Shown: one piece after another, positions 50,402-63,400 of the stretch | Layout of the letters: the number at the start of each line of letters is the position of its first letter | How positions within the stretch are numbered: position 1 is the stretch's first letter | Source of the DNA: Macrostomum lignano | Taxonomy: Eukaryota | Assembly: GCA_002269645.1 (NCBI GenBank) | Contig: NIVC01003603.1 | Span: 1 to 64,000, forward strand | DNA: 64,000 nucleotides | Direction of reading: 5' to 3' | Translations under genes and position numbers: made by a program | Notes under the pieces: generated by a model | What the model was told of the DNA's origin: nothing | Databases searched by the model: none | The model's input: only the letters and a program-made list of their open reading frames with translations

Positions 50402-51227
50402 CAGGGGCGTCGCCACCGGGGGGGAGGACAGGGGGACATGTAAATGCTCTGTCCTCCGGACCTCACCCAACCTTGTGACCCGCTATGGAAATCAATAATT
50501 TTTCTTCAGGGCGACAAAATATTGTGCCTGCGACACCAAAATGAGTGCCTGTGGCGCAAAGAGAGTGCCTGCGACACCAAAATGAGTGCCTGTGGCGCAA
50601 AAAGGGTGCCTGTGGCGCAAAGAGAGTGCCTGCGACACCAAAATGAGTGCCTGTGGCGCAAAAAGGGTGCCTGTGGCGCAAAGAGAGTGCCTGCGACACC
50701 AAAATGAGTGCCTGTGGCGCAAAAAGGGTGCCTGTGGCGCAAAAAGAGTGCCTGCGACACCAAAATGAGTGCCTGTGGCGCAAAAAGGGTGCCTGTGGCG
50801 CAAAAAGAGTGCCTGCGACACCAAAATGAGTGCCTGTGGCGCTAAAATGAGTGCTTGCGGCGCTAAAATGAGTGCCTCCGGCGCTAAAATGTGTGCTTGC
50901 AGCGCCAAAATGTGTGCTTGCAGCGCCAAAATGTGTGCTTGCAGCGCCAAAATGTGTGCTTGCAGCGCCAAAATGAGTGCCTGCGGCGCCAAAAATAAGT
51001 CCTTGCGGCGCTAAAATGAGTGCCTGCGGCGCTAAAATGAGTGCCTGCGGAGCTAAAATAGGTGCCTGCGGCGCCAAACTGAATGCTTGCGGCGCCAATA
51101 TGAGTGCTTACGGCGCTAAAAATGAGTTTTTGCGGCGCCAAATGAGCACTGACAACACCGATTCTGAAAATAATGTACCTTCTTGCTTCTCCCCCCCCCC
51201 ACCATAAAATCCATGGCGACGCCCCTG
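50402..51227. mobile_element. Non-autonomous hAT element (Tip100-like MITE), 826 bp, with internal minisatellite
   Basis: Perfect 14-bp TIRs CAGGGGCGTCGCCA (50402-50415) / TGGCGACGCCCCTG (51214-51227), flanked by an identical 8-bp target duplication AGTATACT (50394-50401, 51228-51235). An 8-bp TSD with CAGGGG ends is the hAT signature. Confidence 0.92.
50525..51145. repeat. 20-21-bp minisatellite (AAAATGAGTGCCTGTGGCGC) with a 61-bp three-monomer higher-order unit in its first half
   Basis: AAAATGAGTGCCTGTGGCGC + AAAAAGGGTGCCTGTGGCGC + AAAGAGAGTGCCTGCGACACC repeated, then single-monomer variants. Confidence 0.93.
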
Positions 51228-52204
51228 AGTATACTGACCACACAGTGCCTTGGTTGGATTCATTGCGCGGTCATACTCATTTGGGGCTTGTGCTCGAAAA
51301 ACAGCCACGAGGGCCAGCCCCCAAGGCGCATAGAGTGTACATGTCTGACGATTAAACAGTCAGGGCTGCTGTACACCCTGTGTGAGCGTGTGTATGAGAG
51401 CAGCCTGCGTACAGCATTGGCGCACCTGTGTGTACCCTGGAGTCAGCGGAATGGGCAGAACTGCCGTCAGCGCTGGTTGTGGAACGTTGTTCAGTTTATC
51501 TCACGCTTTGCCCAAGCATCACTTATTTCCTAATGTATCGCATTTAACATTCACCACTTTTCCCTTTGATTCTTGCTTGTAAATGTAAACCAAGTCTTTG
51601 AATCCGATATCTTTCAGTTTTTCTTGTTTCTGTCCATCTATCTATATGTGTGTATTTGTATGCAGAAGAAGAATTTTAATTGGCCCTATAAGTCTACCTA
51701 AGTCCAGCTTGGTTGGGGCGCGTGGGCTCGTGGATTCTTGAGAGACGCAGCGGTCCTTCATCAATTTATGCATCCGTGCCTGCGTCTCTCCGCTATTATA
51801 TTAGTTTGTGTTTGTTAAAACCAAACCCCCCGTAGAGAGGGAGAAGGAGAAGAGTGGGGACAAGTTCTCCGTGTGTGACGTCATAGCTGACCTCTACTCT
51901 TCTGTGTAAGGAGGCCGGTGCATCCTTATACCAGGTGTGTGTGTGTGTGGGTGTGTGTGTTTGCGTGGAAAATCTTTAATACTTAAAACGTTTATGAAAA
52001 TTTATTTTTGCCCCCCTTCTATTCTGGGCCTCCTAAGGGTCGTCACGTTCTGTCCGATTTATTATCACTGCTACCTAGATAGAATGAGTTGCGTAAACTT
52101 TTTAGCTTGAATTTTTCACCAACTGGGGAAGCTACGAGTTTAAACTTTATTATTGGAACACGTGGCTTCAATTAGTTGAATATCAGTTCAGAAGGCAGTG
52201 GTCA

Positions 52205-52572
52205 GTTCACAAGACCGGCATTTCACACATCCCAATGCAGCATTTGATTCACAAGACCGGCATTTCACACATCCCAATGCAGCATTTGATTCACAAGACC
52301 GGCATTTCACACATCCCAATGCAGCATTTGATTCACAAGACCGGCATTTCACACATCCCAATGCAGCATTTGATTCACAAGACCGGCATTTCACACATCC
52401 CAATGCAGCAGTCACAGTTCACAAGACCGGCATTTCACACATCCCAATGCAGCATTTGGTTCACAAGACCGGCATTTCACACATCATAATGCAGCAGTCA
52501 CAGTTCACAAGACCGACATTTCACATATCCCAATGCAGCAGTCACAGTTCACAAGACCGACATTTCACATAG
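52205..52572. repeat. 42/47-bp minisatellite TCACAAGACCGGCATTTCACACATCCCAATGCAGCATTTGAT
   Basis: About 8 copies read directly. Confidence 0.95.
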
Positions 52573-53809
52573 CCGAAACCGGCTTCCATTCGCTTACAAG
52601 ACCGCATTCACAGCGTCAAAAGACTTGATTCATACAGAAGAAAATTACTGTATATATAGCTTCTCACAACAGGTGGAAATTAGGAGCGTTAATAAGATTA
52701 GGATAACGAGTGAAACAGTTTTTTGGCTAAATCTTAAATGAGATTTGTCTGTATGGATTAGAAATTCTTAGTCTTATGGATTATACTCCTATAGATTCTC
52801 ATGTATCTTTATGGAGATCTTAGATGGCAAATACTGATGCAAGTAGCGGGAGCAGATGACATGCTACTTCCAGCTGTCCCCAATACGGTCCCCAATACGG
52901 TCACAGTGACTCACTGTATTACTAATGCAAACAAGAGGAGCTGGTTAAACAGATTTCCCAGTTCAACTTTGTGAAAGATGCCAGAATGAAAGCAGCTTTA
53001 CGATTGCTTTTAGAGGACTGGGGGGCTTTATGCAGTCAACTTTTCTCGACAAAGATCTTCCTTCCTTGCTTGTCTTCTGCTTCTCTTGCTGGACACGCGA
53101 ATCGCAGTCGAGTGCTTTCTGAGATTTGTCCCGCCCAGCCAGCCCCGTCCCGGCCTTCAGTAAATACTGCCCCTATATATGGCATGCGTCTCTCTCGCAG
53201 TTCTTTGCGGCACCATATGGGGGCTTGGCGCTGGTGTTGGTCCCTGGACTTGGGAGTATGGAAATTAGTGGCATATGGCAGGCATTCCGCTCGCACAGCT
53301 TGTGCGCCAGGCAAGTTTTATAATCGGAATAGGGTGGGGGGCTCTGAATCAAGATGGGGTCGGGGATTTGGGAAACAAGAGGAAATCTAAATTTAGGGAG
53401 CTGGGATGGTCATCGGACTTGACTGACCGGGATTCTTTAGGGCGGTCTGCCCTCACAGTCACAATCCTGAAGCTTATGATTATAAACATTTAAATGAAAA
53501 CTCGGTCATTTATATAATTGTATAATTTATTATAGCAATCCTCGCTCCGCTTAGGGGATTTTTTAAAGGGATTTTTTATATAAAACTGAAACAAAGAAAA
53601 ACTGGAAAGTTAAACGCTCGTTAAAATTCAACTAGCAATTCTTCTTCTTTTAAACTATTAATTTTAAGTTTGAGTTTCGAAATACCGTTATATTCGGTGA
53701 GAAAGCACGATTTGGTAATTAGGTAAGCCAACAGAGAGATTTGAGACAGGTATGGGGGAGAGATAGAGGGAGACTGGAAGGAGTTAGACAGGAGTATAAA
53801 GAAGAATTT

Positions 53810-54722
53810 GGGGTTAGTGAGGGAGATAGAGGGGGTTAGTGAGGGAGATAGAGGGGGTTAGTGAGGGAGATAGAGGGGGTTAGTGAGGGAGATAGAGGGG
53901 GTTAGTGAGGGAGATAGAGGGGGTTAGTGAGGGAGATAGAGGGGGTTAGTGAGGGAGATAGAGGGGGTTAGTGAGGGAGATAGAGGGGGTTAGTGAGGGA
54001 GATAGAGGGGGTTAGTGAGGGAGATAGAGGGGGTTAGTGAGGGAGATAGAGGGTGTTAGTGAGGGAGATAGAAGGTGTTAGTGAGGGAGATAGAGGGTGT
54101 TAGTGAGGGAGATAGAGGGTGTTAGTGAGGGAGATAGAGGGTGTTAGTGAGGGAGATAGAGGGGGTTAGTGAGGGAGATAGAGGGTGTTAGTGAGGGAGA
54201 TAGAGGGTGTTAGTGAGGGAGATAGAGGGGGTTAGTGAGGGAGATAGAGGGTGTTAGTGAGGGAGATAGAGGGGGTTAGTGAGGGAGATAGAGGGTGTTA
54301 GTGAGGGAGATAGAGGGTGTTAGTGAGGGAGATAGAGGGTGTTAGTGAGGGAGATAGAGGGTGTTAGTGAGGGAGATAGAGGGTGTTAGTGAGGGAGATA
54401 GAGGGTGTTAGTGAGGGAGATAGAGGGGGTTAGTGAGGGAGATAGAGGGTGTTAGTGAGGGAGATAGAGGGGGTTAGTGAGGAAGATAGAGGGTGTTAGT
54501 GAGAGAGATAGAGGGGGTTAGTGAGGAAGATAGAGGGTGTTAGTGAGAGAGATAGAGGGGGTTAGTGAGGAAGATAGAGGGTGTTAGTGAGGGAGATAGT
54601 CGGGTTAGTGAGGGAGATAGTCGGGTTAGTGAGGGAGATAGTCGGGTTAGTGAGGGAGATTGTCGGGTTAGTGAGGGAGATAGTCGGGTTAGTGAGGGAG
54701 ATAGTCGGGTTAGTGAGGGAGA
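53810..54722 (+). repeat. G-rich 22-bp minisatellite GAGGGAGATAGAGGG(G/T)GTTAGT changing to 21-bp GAGGGAGATAGTCGGGTTAGT
   Basis: Read directly. Confidence 0.97.
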
Positions 54723-55460
54723 TTGTGTGTGTGTTTGTTTGTGTGTGAGTGAGAGAGAGAGTATGATTCACTGAGTCGTTAGTTTACTAATTGTATTTAT
54801 TAATATCATAATTATCATAAAGGCGCACAGTTGCTAATGCTTCTGTTTGGCAGATTATATTGTCAATAAAAAATCACAGAATAATTTTATTCTAGCATTA
54901 ACTAACCAGCGCATGAAACTCGGGTCTGTGTTCTGAAATAAAATCGCTAAATAAACAGCTAATTACACCTGTATTTAGCAGCACTGCCGATTATTACTGT
55001 CGGCTGTCGCCCAGGCTGGCAGGGACAGGTGGGGCAAGTTCTTTTAACACACCTTGCTGGGCAATCTAATTATACTGTTGGTTGGACAATTTTCGAATAG
55101 AGCGAGTGGTCCTGCTCAACCTGATCAGCTGCCAATGTCAATCAAATTGCCGTGGCAACCAAAATTGCCCCCCCGTGGTGTTTTTTACCTAATTAAATTT
55201 TGCACCCTGCTACCGCATCCGGTTAGCAAGAGTTTTTGTTATAATTCTGGGCGCAATCTCTAGCAGATTTTTGCTAATTATTCATTAATTGCGCTCACTG
55301 ATTTCGTGGTCCAGACTCCAGATGCAAAATATGCAGTGCAAATCAACCGACCCTAACTTCGAAGTTTAATCTCTGTTTAATAATCCACAATTAAAAATGG
55401 ATTAACTTTGTAGCCCTCATTCCCAGAAGTTAACAAGTCTTAACCCTCATAAGCTGCTTC

Positions 55461-55823
55461 ACAATCCTCAGGCTTCACAATCTTCAGGCTTTACAATCCT
55501 CAGGCTTCACAATCCTCAGGCTTCACAATCCCCAAGCTCACAATCCCTAAACTCACAATCCCTAAACTCACAATCCTCAAGCTCACAATCCTCAGGCTTC
55601 ACAATTCCCAAGATTCACAATCCCCAGGCTTCAAAATCCCCAGGCTCACAATCCTCAGGCTTCACAATCCCCAAGCTCACAATCCCTAAGCTCACAATCC
55701 CCAAGCTCACAATCCCTAAGCTCACAATCCCTAAGCTCACAATCCCTAAGCTCACAATCCCCAAGTTCACAATCCTCAGGCTTCACAATCCCTAAGCTCA
55801 CAATCCTCAGGCTTCACAATCCC
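55461..55823. repeat. 15-16-bp minisatellite CTCACAATCCC(C/T)AAG / CTTCACAATCCTCAGG
   Basis: Read directly. Confidence 0.93.
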
Positions 55824-56188
55824 CGAGTTTAAAAAATATGAATCCAACTAATACAAAAATCCTAATATCCTAAGTATTAATAAACAAAAAGCTACTATTA
55901 TTTTTAAAATAGAACTTTTTATATCAATATATCAGGTGACATAAGTTGCTAATTTTGTACTCAAAACATGTTTTTAAACAAATTAATTCACCAAGTTATG
56001 AGTCTGCAACTCCGTACATGTGCGAGAAAATCGAGAGTCAGTGGCGGAAGAGAAGAATGAGCGGGGTGGCTGACGCGATAGACACGTGCCCCCCCCCCCC
56101 CCTACAGTGTGGGCAGTGGACTCAGCCCAGCATCTCAGTTCGCATTGAGAAGCGCCACCCCAACCTCCGCACACTCCGGGGCCCTGAG

Positions 56189-56232
56189 CCAATCCAAATA
56201 GCCACGCGAGCCAATGAGCACGCGACCCCAAT
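56189..56232 (+). promoter_or_regulatory. Cluster of three CCAAT boxes, probable intronic promoter
   Basis: CCAAT at 56189, 56211 and 56228 with two CACGCGA motifs, in a CpG-rich patch about 200 bp upstream of ATG 56432. Confidence 0.45.
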
Positions 56233-56431
56233 CCTCTTCACTTGGGAGTTGGCTGTGAGGCGCGTGCTCATTGTGAGTTCTGTAGTGATAAAACTGGTGG
56301 GCAGGAGGCTGGCTTTTATTGTCCAGCCAGCCAGACAAGAGAGAGAAAGTCTTGAAAAAACACCCAAACAAAACTAGCAGAGTCAGCCAGTCTACTTAGA
56401 TAGCAGCCTTAGTAGTGTTGGATTATTCAGA

Positions 56432-57324
56432 ATGCTGTCGACGGAGCAGGCCCAGCAGCGTCGTAGGCCTTTCTCTCAGTTCTCCTCCTCCATGCGTTCT
56501 TGCCGACGTCGCCTGTCTCGTCGGCGCCTTCCGCCGTTTGCTTCACCGCCGCCGCCGACGCTGCCGTCAGCTCAGTCGCAGGCTGCAGCAACAACAACAA
56601 CTAGGCAGTTGTACAGTCGCAAGCGCCGCTCCAGCATTGGCGCCGCTGCTGTTGCTACTGATGTACCGCGCAGCTTCAACTTCTGCTCAACTGCCAGCGT
56701 TATTAACGTTGTCGCCACGCCTACACCGCCGCCCCGATCGCCGGCGCATAAGCGTCGTCGCGGAGTTGAACCCGGCGGCGTTGGTGTCGACAATTTGAAT
56801 AACGTCGCCTCTTGCAGCGGCAGCGGCTTGGGTCTACTTCGCGCCTGCGCGACTCTTTGCGCCGTCCATTCCTAACTAGAAGCAGCCGGCCGCGCAAATA
56901 CCGGCTGAACACTAGCGGCATAGCTACTAATAGTAATACTGCTAGCCAGCACGCCAGTAGTAGTAAACCTATTGCAGTCAGTAGCGCCAGTCTGTGCCAT
57001 CGGTCGGCCGCCGCCGCTTTCTGGCGTCTGCGAACCGCTTCGCCGTCGCCCTCGCCATCGGGTGGCTCACCGACCCCGGTGCGGCGCCCGCCTCAATCGC
57101 CGTTATTATTATTCGCCGCCTCTTCGTCCGCAGCCTGCCAGCGAATGGCCGCCTGCAGCACAGCCAGACGCTGCCAGACCCCAACAACAGCAGCGGCGGT
57201 TGCTGGCGGCTCTGGCCGACCATCGCCCAGTCATCATCACCAGCAGCAGCAGCAGCATCGGGCTCCGTTAGGCGCGTACAATCTACCGCCACCTGGCCAG
57301 GGACACGCGAGCGCCGGACGCGAG
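56432..57324 (+). CDS. Probable nested or alternative first coding exon (Ser/Pro/Arg-rich, about 297 aa) with one apparent 1-nt frameshift
   Basis: ORF 56432-56875 (MLSTEQAQQRRRPFSQF...) and the ORF ending at 57336 join into ...SGSGLGSTSRLRDSLRRPFL... if one G is added to the GGG run near 56830. In-frame phase-0 donor GAG|GTGAGA at 57324. GC/CpG-rich island. The link to AGAP is inferred only from position and strand. Confidence 0.5.
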
Positions 57325-57760
57325 GTGAGACTATAAATAATTCTACGATGAAATTGATTTTTAATAAATAGAGAGCCATCTGGTCTTAGCTAGACTATTG
57401 TTAAAGTAAGCAAATAAGTCCTCTGTCTGCCTACCACGGGAGTGAAATTGTTCAAGCTTTGTACGAGTAGGAGTGAAGTGGGACGGTTTAGTTAGCAGAC
57501 TTTTCCGAGTTTCGTTCGCAAACACTTCTTCTTAGCTAGCTTAACCCTTGCCCAAGTGAAGAATGATGAAGAATAAATTATTTCTATATCTGTGTTGAAG
57601 AGTGGGCGAGCTTGTCTTGTCTTTAAACCGGCATTGCGCAATCAAAAAATTGTTCAAATTGTTGTCCGTGTTCAACTTTGGATTGACATTGTCAAGTGGC
57701 TTTGCCCTCTTCTCGGCTCGGGGAGTGTAGAAGCTTGTGGATCAGGACATGGAAAACTGG

Positions 57761-58925
57761 TAGCAGTGGCGCCGAGCTGAAGCGCCTAAAATGAGGTAGC
57801 AGTGGCGCCGAACTGAAGCCTAAAATAGGGTAGCAGTGGCGCCGAACTGAAGCGCGCCTAAAATGGGATAGCAGTGGCGCCGAACTGAAGCGCGCCTAAA
57901 ATGGGATAGCAGTGGCGCCGAACTGAAGCGCGCCTAAAATGGGATAGCAGTGGCGCCGAACTGAAGCGCGCCTAAAATGGGATAGCAGTGGCGCCGAACT
58001 GAAGCGCGCCTAAAATGGGATAGCAGTGGCGCCGAACTGAAGCGCGCCTAAAATGGGATAGCAGTGGCGCCGAACTGAAGCGCGCCTAAAATGGGATAGC
58101 AGTGGCGCCGAACTGAAGCGCGCCTAAAATGGGATAGCAGTGGCGCCGAACTGAAGCGCGCCTAAAATGGGATAGCAGTGGCGCCGAACTGAAGCGCGCC
58201 TAAAATGGGATAGCAGTGGCGCCGAACTGAAGCGCGCCTAAAATGGGATAGCAGTGGCGCCGAACTGAAGCGCGCCTAAAATGGGATAGCAGTGGCGCCG
58301 AACTGAAGCGCGCCTAAAATGGGATAGCAGTGGCGCCGAACTGAAGCGCGCCTAAAATGGGATAGCAGTGGCGCCGAACTGAAGCGCGCCTAAAATGGGA
58401 TAGCAGTGGCGCCGAACTGAAGCGCGCCTAAAATGGGATAGCAGTGGCGCCGAACTGAAGCGCGCCTAAAATGGGATAGCAGTGGCGCCGAACTGAAGCG
58501 CGCCTAAAATGGGATAGCAGTGGCGCCGAACTGAAGCGCGCCTAAAATGGGATAGCAGTGGCGCCGAACTGAAGCGCGCCTAAAATGGGATAGCAGTGGC
58601 GCCGAACTGAAGCGCGCCTAAAATGGGATAGCAGTGGCGCCGAGCTGAAGCGCCTAAAATAGGGTAGCAGTGGCGCCGAACTGAAGCGCCTAAAATGGGA
58701 TAGCAGTGGCGCCGAACTGAAGCGCGCCTAAAATGGGGTAGCAGTAGCGCCAATGAAGCGCCTCTGGTAGCAGTGGCGCCATTAAAGCGCTTTTGGTAGC
58801 AGTAGCCCCAATGAAGCGCCAGTAGTATGGTAGTAGTGGCGCCAAAGCCAAACTAAAGCGCCTAAAATGGGGTAGCAGTTGCGCCATTAAAGCGCCAATA
58901 GTGTAGGGTAGCAGTGGCGCCAATG
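57761..58925. repeat. 38-bp minisatellite GCAGTGGCGCCGAACTGAAGCGCGCCTAAAATGGGATA with degenerate flanks
   Basis: Over 20 near-identical central copies; diverged copies at both ends. Confidence 0.97.
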
Positions 58926-59023
58926 CAGCACCTTAAATGAAGCCCCAGAGCGGTGGCTCGTGGCGTCAAACTAAAGCTTTAAAGAGCAGGGCAGCCATAA
59001 ATGAATTCGTAATATATAGATTA

Positions 59024-59642
59024 ACAAGCTGTTAAAACCCGCGGATTTTGAACCCGGGGAATTCCAATACCCGGAACTACTTTTGCATGTATTCTGAAAT
59101 CTAAGGCCATACACAAACAAAAACTTGTTAATAGTTAGTAGGATAGAGGTAGACATAAAATGGAGCACATTCGTGTAAAATTAGGGTTTGAGACATTGTT
59201 GGCTGGGGTACTGCGCAGAATGTCAGGCAATGTCTGTCTGACTCTAAAACATATATTGCTAAACTCTGGTCTCTCCCTGACTCTCCCTACGTCCCTTGGA
59301 TCCTTTAAAATTTCTATCATCTCTTTGTTTCCTCTCATCTCTCTCGTCCCTCGTCTCTCCTCTCTCCTCTCTCCCCTCTTCTCTCGTATCTTCCCTCATC
59401 TCTCTTCTCTTTCATCTCTCTTATCTCATCTCTTGTCTCTTCGTTTCTCTCTCCTCTCCTTTTTCCTCTCTACTTTTTCGTTTTCTCTCTCCTCTCCTCT
59501 CTCCTCTCTCCCCTCTCTCTCTCATCTCTCCCCTCTTCTCTCGTCTCTTCCCTCACCTCTTTTCTCTCTCGTCTTTGCTCTCTCATTATTCCTTTCTCTT
59601 CTTTTATCTTTTATCTCTTATCTCTTCTCATTTCTCTCTGCT

Positions 59643-59736
<94 letters not shown>

Positions 59737-61650
59737 TCTTTCTCTCTTATCTCTCCTTCTCTCTCTACTCTCTCCCCTCTCCATTCTCCTCTTTCCTCTC
59801 CTCTCTCCTCACTCACTTCTCTACCTTTGTCTCTCCTCTCATCTCTGTAACCTCTCCTCTGTTCTCTCTACTCTCCCATCTTTTATCTGTTCACTCTCGT
59901 CTCTGCTCTCTCATCCCCCCTCTTTAATCTGGCATCTCTGTCTTATATGTTCTCTCACCTCTCTCCTCTGTACTCTTTTCTTTCCCCTCTTTTGACTCCT
60001 CACTTTCCTTTCTCCTTTCTTCTTTCTCTTCTCTTCCCTTTTCTATACTCTGTCTCCCTCTCTTCTCTCACTCCACTCTCCTCTCTCCGTTATCTCTTAT
60101 CTCTCCTTCCACCTCTCTCATCTCTAGAACCTTAGAGATGTAGAGATGTATCTTTATCTCTTCTCTCTTCCCTTTACTCTCTCATCTCTTCTTTCACCTG
60201 TTTCCTGTCTGCTCTCCTCTCTGATGTCTCCTCTCTCCTCTCATCTGCAGCTCTCTGCTCTCTCATCTCTACTCTCTCCTCTTGCTTTTCCTCTCTCCCC
60301 TCTTCTCCCCTCTCTCTCATCGTCCTCACCCCCTCATCTCTCCTATTATCTTTTATCTTTTTTTTATCCCCTCTGTCGCCTCTCCTCTCTTCGAATCGTC
60401 TATTCCTTCTTCTTTCCACTTTCATCTGCCCCTTAGCTATGAGCTGGATTCTTTATCTGGCCTTTGAGGTAAAAGTCTGCCCATCCCTGCTTGGAAAGCC
60501 AGTTTGTGGGACGTAGTACTCTCATGGTTGTTCTCATGCTTTGATCACGTCATCTTTCTTGCCAATTTGCAAGCCCTGAAAATAATTTGTGTATCTTTAG
60601 CTCCACTGCAGTCTGCATCAGTCTAACAACAAAGGAAATGCGCATTTCTTAGGAGGCCATTTAAATTTTAAAGTACCTTTAAAAGAAACCTAAAATTTCC
60701 ATGGTGTGCCTAATTTAGTAGGGTTGTATTGCATTGCATCGCATCACCTTTTCATAAATCTTTCGCTTTTACAAACCATGCTGGATTCCCTCGATTTGCC
60801 ATCCACTGTTAAACTGCTGCAGAGTTTTCCAATACAGACGACAGTGGTTAGAATTTCTCACTAAACTGTCATGGCTAAACGTAGCCTCTCACGCGCGGGG
60901 TACAGAGAAGGCTATTAAAAAGTTATTCCAAAACACTGTACATTTGCTATGTACATTCAGTCCTATCGCCTGACCCTTCGTCTGGCTCTGGGGGAATGAG
61001 TGAGTGAGTGGCACAAACAACAGAAAAAGCAGACAAACTTCACATGCTTACAGTTTCTTTTTTGGTTGAGTTACAGAGTTGAAACTTTACATTTAGATAG
61101 AGAATGGGTCAATAAAGAATTGTGTCAAGTTTGAAGTCAATCGCTTTACGTGGAGCAAACTTATGGCAGCTGAAATTTAGTCAATTTTGAAACCCTTTTA
61201 CACATCTGGGCCCAGATCGGGAAAGAGAGGCAGGCGGGCGGAGGTTGGGGTGGTTGCTACGCTGAAAAAAACAGCCCAACTTTAAAAGTGCACAGCACCG
61301 CTCAGGATTAACTTTGAGACTCGAAATTTTACACGATTGTGTCAAAATAGTTGAAAATTGCCTGTGTCAAATTTGAAGAGAATCGGTAGAAGTGGAGCGG
61401 CGCTATGGAGGATTAAGTGAAAAAATCGCGCATTTTGAGCAGTTTTTTGTACTTTTAGGTAGGAAGACTTGAGTCTAGGAAATTAAAAGGTAGCCTAAGA
61501 CATTCTCCGTAGTGAGTTTAGGGTGGGTGTAAAGTTTGGTGTAATTTGGTTGAGTGGTTTGGGAGTCCATAGCGATCAAAATTGTCCACAGACACACAGA
61601 CAGACAGACAGACAGACACACAGACAGAGTTTTGATTTTTATAGTTAGAG
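59024..61650 (+). mobile_element. Non-autonomous Helitron/Helentron-like (DINE-1/Lep1-type) element, copy 1, about 2.6 kb
   Basis: Starts ACAAGCTGTTAAAACCCGCGG after TT(A), with a palindromic 5' subterminus. Ends ...GGTTTGGGAGTCCATAGC...(CAGA)n...GAGTTTTGATTTTTATAGTTAGAG, resembling recalled 3' ends of this class. Directly followed by a second copy. Confidence 0.6.
59265..60435 (+). repeat. Polypyrimidine (CT-rich) tract with a (CT)n core
   Basis: About 1.2 kb almost entirely C/T on the plus strand. Confidence 0.95.
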
Positions 61651-61899
61651 ACAAGCTGTTGAAACCCGCGGATTTTGAACCCGGGGAATTCCAATCCCCG
61701 GAACTACTTTTGCATGTATTCTGAAATCTAAGGCCATACGCAAACAAATTAATGTTAGTAAGATAGAGGTAGACATAAAATGGAGCACATTTGTGTAAAA
61801 TTAGGGTTTGAGGCAAACATTGATATTGTTTGCTGGGGTACTCCACAGAATGCCAGGCAATGTCTGTCTGACTCTAAAACATGTATTGGCAAACTCTGG

Positions 61900-63170
<1,271 letters not shown>

Positions 63171-63257
63171 GGCCCGCAGCCATGAGCTGGATTCTTTATC
63201 TGGCCTTTGAGATAAAAATCTGCCAATCCCTGCTTCGAAAGTACTATCATGGGGACC

Positions 63258-63400
63258 TTTGAAACTTCGCAATAGCAATCCGGCCCTCGGGTCCTTTGAA
63301 ACTTCGCAATAGCAATCCGGCCCTCGGGTCCTTTGAAACTTCGCAATAGCAATCCGGCCCTCGGGTCCTTTGAAACTTCGCAATAGCAATCCGGCCCTCG
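63258..63400. repeat. 37-bp tandem repeat CTTTGAAACTTCGCAATAGCAATCCGGCCCTCGGGTC x4
   Basis: Four copies; absent at the equivalent position of copy 1 (about 60495-60505). Confidence 0.95.

Noticed and set aside
50444-51243. ORFs up to 211 aa inside the MITE
   Set aside because: Minisatellite translations; no transposase motifs.
51183-51533. 116-aa ORF as candidate AGAP exon 6
   Set aside because: No similarity to the expected continuation (xQKIV...PCKSLPNSPSH); it starts inside the MITE end and ends in a stop.
53810-54722. Interstitial telomere
   Set aside because: Contains GGGTTAG once per 21-22 bp but no (TTAGGG)n runs.
55440-57548. piggyBac-like TTAACCCT ends at 55440 and 57541
   Set aside because: Both are in the same orientation and no matching AGGGTTAA end was found.
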